This document shows, in pieces, positions 58,531 to 64,000 of a DNA stretch of 64,000 bases; position 1 is the first letter of the stretch, and each line of letters begins with the position of its first letter. The notes beneath the pieces were generated by a model. It was not told the DNA's origin. It ran no database searches and saw only the letters and a program-made list of their open reading frames with translations. The DNA is taken from the NCBI GenBank assembly GCA_965230505.1, contig OZ246006.1:3453752-3517751 (forward strand), given 5' to 3'. The stretch is from Kangiellaceae bacterium (GTDB taxonomy: Bacteria > Pseudomonadota > Gammaproteobacteria > Enterobacterales > Kangiellaceae). Made by a program: the position numbers and the translations under genes.

Positions 58531-59104
58531 TTTGAATCTCCGAGTAACCTTTTAATTTTGTTAATGCTGCGTAGAGGCGCGTTTTAACGGTGTTAATTGA
58601 CGTGCCGGTTTGATGACTAATTTCATCAAAAGTAAAGTGTTGAAAGAATTTGAGTTCAACCACCAACTTCTGTTCCTCTGGTAATTTTTCCAGCACTTGT
58701 TTTATATGCTGATTATTCTTCGCCATTTTATACTCTTCTGCCGGATCTTGATGATGAGAACCCGCATGGTGCTGCTCTGGTGAGTGGTAGCTTTCTTCAG
58801 TGACTTCTCCCGCGTGGTGTAGCGGATTGCGACCGCGAGAGCGTAAAAAATCGGTAGTTTTATTGGCAGCAATTCGCATCATCCAACCTTTAAATTGGTT
58901 TTGACCACGATAACTAGGTAGGTTGCGATAAGTTGCCAAAAATACCTCCTGCATCAAATCCATTGCGTCTGAACGGTTAAATGTCATTCTTAAGCAATAG
59001 TTATAAACTAACCCTTCATATCGTTTAACCAAACTCACCCAGCTACGCTGAGAACCGGCCAAGGCCTTTTCTATTAGTTTTTCGTCTTTATTTAGTTGAA
59101 ACAT
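58520..59104 (-). CDS. ECF RNA polymerase sigma factor
   Basis: Regions 2 and 4. Confidence 0.85.
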   Translation of the reverse strand: MFQLNKDEKLIEKALAGSQRSWVSLVKRYEGLVYNYCLRMTFNRSDAMDLMQEVFLATYRNLPSYRGQNQFKGWMMRIAANKTTDFLRSRGRNPLHHAGEVTEESYHSPEQHHAGSHHQDPAEEYKMAKNNQHIKQVLEKLPEEQKLVVELKFFQHFTFDEISHQTGTSINTVKTRLYAALTKLKGYSEIQNVM

Positions 59105-59367
59105 GTGGTTTCCATGCTATTCCCGTCCTAAGAATCTTCGCTTAGCCGTGTGGCTAGTTCAAGTAGAATTATTGGTTAAGTCGTTCGAGGAAGGCAAATA
59201 GTTTGAAGGAGGCGTTAATTTATTTGAAATTTAATGATATCTGTGGACTACCCTGGGCTGCTTAGCGGTTCCCAGATGGAGTTAAGTTCCAATCGCTTGT
59301 CCAATCCTATCGTTTGATAAACGGATGATTGGTTTAGATTGATTAAACGCTGATCAGAAAACGCCGA

Positions 59368-60543
59368 TCAATGAATTAGAGCTGCTTTTCTTAGCTCTCC
59401 ATCTATCAATTGAGTTAACAATAACGATGTAAATGCTAAACCAGCTCCGAGATAAAAAACAAGTGAAGGGCTATAAAGCCACAAAATGCCAAAACTAGCA
59501 GGGATCACCACCGCTGCAATGTGGTTGATAGTAAAGCTAACCCCAGACGACGCTGCAATATCTTTGGGATCAGCTATTTTTTGAAAGAAGGTTTTTAACG
59601 CAATGGCTAAGGCAAAAAACAAATGATCGACAACATAAAGTCCTGCAGCGATATTTGGATCTTCCACCAAAGCATAACCAACAAACACAAAAATCAGTCC
59701 AATATATTCAACAGTAAGTGCTTTACGTTCGCCGATATGACCAATCCAACGTCCGATTTTTGGCGCTATGTAGAGGTTCATTAAATGGTTAATAATAAAA
59801 AGCAATGCGATATCAGAGGCCAGGTATTGGAATTTTTCAACCATCATAAAGCCAGCAAATACCATAAAGATTTGGCGCCTTGCTCCACTAAAAAAGGTCA
59901 GCAAGTAGTAAAGCCAATAACGTTTTCGAACAATTAATTTTTTATGTTGTTCAACGGGTGAATCGAAACTGGGAAAGGAAAACCACAACCACACAAAAAG
60001 TAACAGTCCTGCACCGCCGAAAATAAAGTAGGCGGTAGAGAATTCCACCGAAAGTAAACTAAACAATACCCAAATTGCCGCGTAAGTAATCAACGCGGCA
60101 AATGCCTTTACTGAAATGAGTTGGCCTAACACCGCCGGCGCTTCTTGTTTGCTTAACCATTGGAGTGATAAAGAATTATTAATAGTTTCAAAATAATGAA
60201 AACCGATCGACATTAAAACCGTCGTGGCATACAGGCCAATTTCAAATGGAAATAATCCGGTGATAGTCACGCCGATGGATAGTACGCACAAGGAAAGTAG
60301 GGCGAAGGTTTGTTCCTTAAGGACTAACAACACAAAGATGGCGGTAAATGCCAAAAAGCCTGGTACTTCTCTTAAGCTTTGCAGCATGCCGATTTCAGCG
60401 CCGGTAAAGTTCGCTTTTTCCACCGCAAAATTGTTCAGCAGTGCGGCCCAAGCTGAAAAAGTTAAGGTCATTAAGATTGACGTTATGATTAAAAAAGCTT
60501 TTTTGGTTTGCCAAGGCTTCACTTGCACTGTCTGAGCTCTCAT
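59368..60543 (-). CDS. MFS-type transporter
   Basis: Twelve predicted TM helices. Confidence 0.6.
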   Translation of the reverse strand: MRAQTVQVKPWQTKKAFLIITSILMTLTFSAWAALLNNFAVEKANFTGAEIGMLQSLREVPGFLAFTAIFVLLVLKEQTFALLSLCVLSIGVTITGLFPFEIGLYATTVLMSIGFHYFETINNSLSLQWLSKQEAPAVLGQLISVKAFAALITYAAIWVLFSLLSVEFSTAYFIFGGAGLLLFVWLWFSFPSFDSPVEQHKKLIVRKRYWLYYLLTFFSGARRQIFMVFAGFMMVEKFQYLASDIALLFIINHLMNLYIAPKIGRWIGHIGERKALTVEYIGLIFVFVGYALVEDPNIAAGLYVVDHLFFALAIALKTFFQKIADPKDIAASSGVSFTINHIAAVVIPASFGILWLYSPSLVFYLGAGLAFTSLLLTQLIDGELRKAALIH

Positions 60544-60598
60544 CGGTTGAAGTTGGTAAGTTGTAATTTGAAGAAAATCAATTATAGCGATAGAATTA

Positions 60599-61471
60599 AT
60601 GGCATTCTATCGCCAAAAAGACGAATTATTTATCAAATCGGACACAGTTTGGACCCACGGTCAGTCAGGTTTTCAGGCCAAATCTTTAGCTCGCCCCGTG
60701 GTTGCGAGAGTGTCTGAGATGCCAGAGAACTATCTAGTCGAACAACATCAACACCCATGGGGCCAGTTGGCCTATTGCTCTAGAGGAATAATGAAAGTTG
60801 AAGTACCGGGGGCTAGTTTTATCATTCCGCCTAAAAGAGCTTTGTGGTTGCCAAAATTTACTCCGCACACAGTTTCGACCAAATTCGGTTTAAGCTTTCG
60901 TTCACTCTACATTGACAATAGCTTGTCTGGCGCACTTCCAGAAAAGACTGAAGCGCTTACCGTGAATAACTTACTGCGAGAATTAATTTTGAGTGTTGCT
61001 GAGTGGCAAGAAGACTACGAGCTGACTGAACAAAAGCAACGGCATATTGAATTTTTACTTGATCAGCTCGACCAAGCGCAAAAAGCACCGCTTTCCTTAA
61101 ACATGCCAGGGGACAAGCGATTAGTAAAAATCACAAACTATATTTCTGAGCATCCTGGCGATAATACCTCGCTGCAAACTTGGTCAGAAACTGTCGGTGC
61201 AACCCCAAGAACGATTAATCGGTTGTTTCAAAAAGAGACTAATATGGGGTTCATTGAATGGAGACAAAGATTACGCATTCTTTTTTCATTAGAGCGCATT
61301 GAAAAAGGCGATAAAATTTCTAATGTCGCATTGGATTTAGGTTATGAATCTGATTCAGCATTTATTAGTATGTTTAAAAAGCATATGGCGGTGTCACCAA
61401 AGCAATACTTTAAATCAAATTCTCTGGTTTATTCAAACGCCAAGGGCTGGACGCCAGAGAACTCGATTTAA
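60599..61471 (+). CDS. AraC-family transcriptional regulator
   Basis: Cupin-like N-terminus and AraC HTH C-terminus. Confidence 0.85.
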   Translation: MAFYRQKDELFIKSDTVWTHGQSGFQAKSLARPVVARVSEMPENYLVEQHQHPWGQLAYCSRGIMKVEVPGASFIIPPKRALWLPKFTPHTVSTKFGLSFRSLYIDNSLSGALPEKTEALTVNNLLRELILSVAEWQEDYELTEQKQRHIEFLLDQLDQAQKAPLSLNMPGDKRLVKITNYISEHPGDNTSLQTWSETVGATPRTINRLFQKETNMGFIEWRQRLRILFSLERIEKGDKISNVALDLGYESDSAFISMFKKHMAVSPKQYFKSNSLVYSNAKGWTPENSI

Positions 61472-61485
61472 GCCTGTAAAAATAG

Positions 61486-62715
61486 CTATATTTGACCAAT
61501 TTCATGTAGGTGATAAAGATAAAATCCTCCACCAATAACCGCCAGTGTCCCTAATACTGCAAATGTAATTTTCACCCAACTCCAAGGTCGTTCTCCTTGA
61601 ACTTCTCCGGTTCTTGCATTGACTAAAAAGCGATAAATTTTTTCTTTGTAACGGTAAGCACTTAACCAAACGGGTAGTAGAATATGCTTAAACGATATAT
61701 TGTTATGTTGAGTTTTGACGGTAAAAATTCGTTGCTCATCGCCACCGATATGACGCCTGATGGTCTCTCGAATGGTTTTGTCCATTACGTCTTTGGCAAG
61801 TTCAAATCCTTGCTCCAAATCCACTTGATAACTTTCCGCTTTAAAGCCACTTAAATAGTCGTCTTTGTAGCTGACTAGATTATTTAGGTCCCACGGCTCT
61901 AATTCTCTTGTATACTTTTCAGGCAATGATTTACTCGCCACTATAAGCACATCGTCGAAATCATCGGTGACAGTTCCTGAGGCTGGGTACCAACGAGTTT
62001 TTCTGACCTGGACTGTGTAAGTTTCTGTTTTTCCATCGGAATTAGTTCGAGTTCGAGTTTCGGTGACATAATAATAAACTCCACGCTGACCAGTATAATA
62101 AGTGAGAGTGTCAGCATCGTAAGTCCAGTGAGGTACGTAAACACCTTTTACTGCTACCTCAAGCTTGGCTTTTTTCTTCAGAGCGTTTGGTGCAAACCAC
62201 AAACTATTCAGCCATTTTTTATAGCTTTCTTTTGCGGCTCGCTTTTTAATTTTAAAGGGCAACAAAGAGCGGGGTTTGAGCTGTTTTTTTGATTTCGCGG
62301 TAGTCACAATTTCGGTATCGCAAAAAGGGCAGTTTTGCGAGGTGACATTGGCTTCTGAAGTAGACTCTGCCCCGCAAGAGGTACACTTAATAAACAGCTT
62401 TTCTTCGGTGACTTCATTGTCTTGCATTTGCGCTAAATGCTGATGAAAGTCTAGCTCAACAATTTCTTCTTCACATTTTGGAATTGCATTTTCAAAATCA
62501 CAGTATGAGCACTTCAGTACGCTGGTTCCAGGTGCATAAGTTAGTTTGGCACCACATTGTTTACATTTAAATTCGCTTGATTGTGTTTCAACCGCAGCTT
62601 GAGCTTCGTCGGCGTCAAAATGGTTCGCTGATTCACTTTCAGATTGGTTTAAAGGAGGAGGAGTCGAGGGCATAGAAAATCCTGTTCTAAAATACTTAAC
62701 TAGAAAACCGGCCAC
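61486..62715 (-). CDS. Zinc-ribbon protein with C-terminal TM anchor
   Basis: Three CxxC..CxxC pairs. C-terminal hydrophobic helix. Confidence 0.5.
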   Translation of the reverse strand: MAGFLVKYFRTGFSMPSTPPPLNQSESESANHFDADEAQAAVETQSSEFKCKQCGAKLTYAPGTSVLKCSYCDFENAIPKCEEEIVELDFHQHLAQMQDNEVTEEKLFIKCTSCGAESTSEANVTSQNCPFCDTEIVTTAKSKKQLKPRSLLPFKIKKRAAKESYKKWLNSLWFAPNALKKKAKLEVAVKGVYVPHWTYDADTLTYYTGQRGVYYYVTETRTRTNSDGKTETYTVQVRKTRWYPASGTVTDDFDDVLIVASKSLPEKYTRELEPWDLNNLVSYKDDYLSGFKAESYQVDLEQGFELAKDVMDKTIRETIRRHIGGDEQRIFTVKTQHNNISFKHILLPVWLSAYRYKEKIYRFLVNARTGEVQGERPWSWVKITFAVLGTLAVIGGGFYLYHLHEIGQI

Positions 62716-62743
62716 CTGGAAATGACCGGGTTGAATAACTCAA

Positions 62744-63856
62744 TTACTGTGGTGGAAGCGGTGGAGGAACTGCCGAAAATAACCCTTTGGTTTCTTCAAC
62801 TTCAGAGGCTTTGCTCCAGTTTGCCATTCCTTCAGTCCAGACTAGGCTATCTCGATTGACTGAGCCATCTTTCACCAATGATTGCATCTGTGCGATAGAC
62901 ATAGGTCCTTTTGATTCACCGTTAACCGCCACGTGAAATTGTTTTTCTTGAGGTAGAGGTGGGGGAGCGGAAACATTGGGATTGCTATTGTTGGCCTGGT
63001 TAGCCTGATTGCTGGTTTGACCCATTTGGTTGGCCATGGCAAAACCCATTCCCATGCCCATTCCGCCGCCTGCCATACCATCATTTTCAGCCGCTTTTTC
63101 CATCGCGGTGGCCGCTTGAAATTGAGTATATTGATTGAGGTTTCCAACGATCCCCATGCTGGTTCGTTTATCTAAAACTTCTTCCACCGCTGGTGGTAGA
63201 GAAATATTTTCGACCAACATTTTGGTAATATCAATACCATATGCGAGGAAGTCGTCATGGATTTTACCCGTGATAAATTCGCCGAGTTCGTCATAGTTAG
63301 CAGCCATATCGAGTACGGGAATTTTTGCTTCACCAACAATATCGGCAAAACGCGAAACAATTAAGTTACGCAGTTGGTCAGTTATTTCGTCAGTTGTAAA
63401 TCGTCCATCAGTACCGACTATTTCTTTGATAAAAGCTTCTGGGTTGCTGACTTTAATGGCGTAAGTACCAAATGCTCGAATTCTTAACGGACCAAACTCA
63501 GGATCTCTCAAAGTGATTGGGTTTTTGGTTCCCCATCTAAGATCGGTAAACCGCCTAGTATTAATAAAATAAACTTCTGCTTTGAAGGGGCTATGAAATC
63601 CGTGTTTCCAACCTTGCAGGGTCGAAAGTATCGGTAAGTTGTCAGTTTCTAGGGTATAGTCACCCGGCTCAAAAATATCAGCCAGCTTACCTTTATTGAT
63701 AAACACTGCGACTTGCGATTCCCGTACAATCAGTTTTGCGCCCATTTTGATTTCATTTTCATGACGCTCGAATCGATAAACCATAGTGTCGCGACTGTCA
63801 TCAGTCCATTCGATGATATCGATAAATTCGCCGCGTAACTTGTCAAAAAATCCCAT
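62744..63856 (-). CDS. SPFH-domain protein with C-terminal DUF4339/GYF-like domain
   Basis: SPFH-like N-terminal half. GM-rich linker. FHVAVNG...WTEGMANW C-terminal module. Confidence 0.65.
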   Translation of the reverse strand: MGFFDKLRGEFIDIIEWTDDSRDTMVYRFERHENEIKMGAKLIVRESQVAVFINKGKLADIFEPGDYTLETDNLPILSTLQGWKHGFHSPFKAEVYFINTRRFTDLRWGTKNPITLRDPEFGPLRIRAFGTYAIKVSNPEAFIKEIVGTDGRFTTDEITDQLRNLIVSRFADIVGEAKIPVLDMAANYDELGEFITGKIHDDFLAYGIDITKMLVENISLPPAVEEVLDKRTSMGIVGNLNQYTQFQAATAMEKAAENDGMAGGGMGMGMGFAMANQMGQTSNQANQANNSNPNVSAPPPLPQEKQFHVAVNGESKGPMSIAQMQSLVKDGSVNRDSLVWTEGMANWSKASEVEETKGLFSAVPPPLPPQ

Positions 63857-64000
63857 AACCCGTTTCCTCTTTAATCACTTATTAATAAGCTCAAGCCTCC
63901 AATGTTGGCTTAGTGTAGCAAACTGCTAACGACTCAACTATTGGAAAATTCCCAGAAATAGCCAAATTGACAAAGTGATATCATAATGATATCTTTATGT

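Overview
AT-rich window that reads as a marine gammaproteobacterial (Alteromonadales-like) chromosome segment; this is an inference from gene content and composition, not a search result. The dominant theme is a large RNA-repair island.

(1) A tRNA gene array at about 4750-8040 holds six canonical tRNAs (His-GTG, Met-CAT, Asn-GTT, Ile-GAT, Val-TAC, Lys-TTT). Interleaved with them are at least nine non-canonical tRNA-like elements. Two carry a conserved ~80-nt structured insertion inside the T-loop. One carries a ~270-nt insertion bounded by 27-bp perfect inverted repeats where the anticodon arm should be. One carries a REP-like hairpin insertion. Two type-II-like genes have the unusual anticodons TAT and TTC. 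The array is followed directly by a CPR-domain protein gene and an HNH nuclease gene.

(2) A second block at 24175-30767 reads PrfH-coupled RtcB2, PrfH, a small ORF, ATP-dependent RNA ligase, an HD-phosphohydrolase/P-loop polynucleotide-kinase fusion, then (minus strand) an RlaP-type nucleotidyltransferase and RNase Z.

(3) A classical sigma-54/RtcR-controlled rtcB-rtcA operon at 33227-38017 is atypically expanded. Two ~450-bp structured direct repeats, a tRNA-like/Y-RNA-like non-coding region and an SPFH (band-7) gene are inserted into it. No Ro60/Rsr gene is present.

Other content: a FecI/FecR/FecA-type cell-surface signalling system, beta-lactamase-family hydrolases, a CadC-like regulator, a CoA-dependent dicarboxylate (mesaconyl/malyl-CoA-like) catabolic cluster, an IS256-family insertion with a 9-bp target duplication, an ECF sigma/anti-sigma pair, several simple-sequence repeats (heptamer, octamer) at gene boundaries, and a 49/121-bp tandem repeat array whose six-frame ORFs are artefacts.
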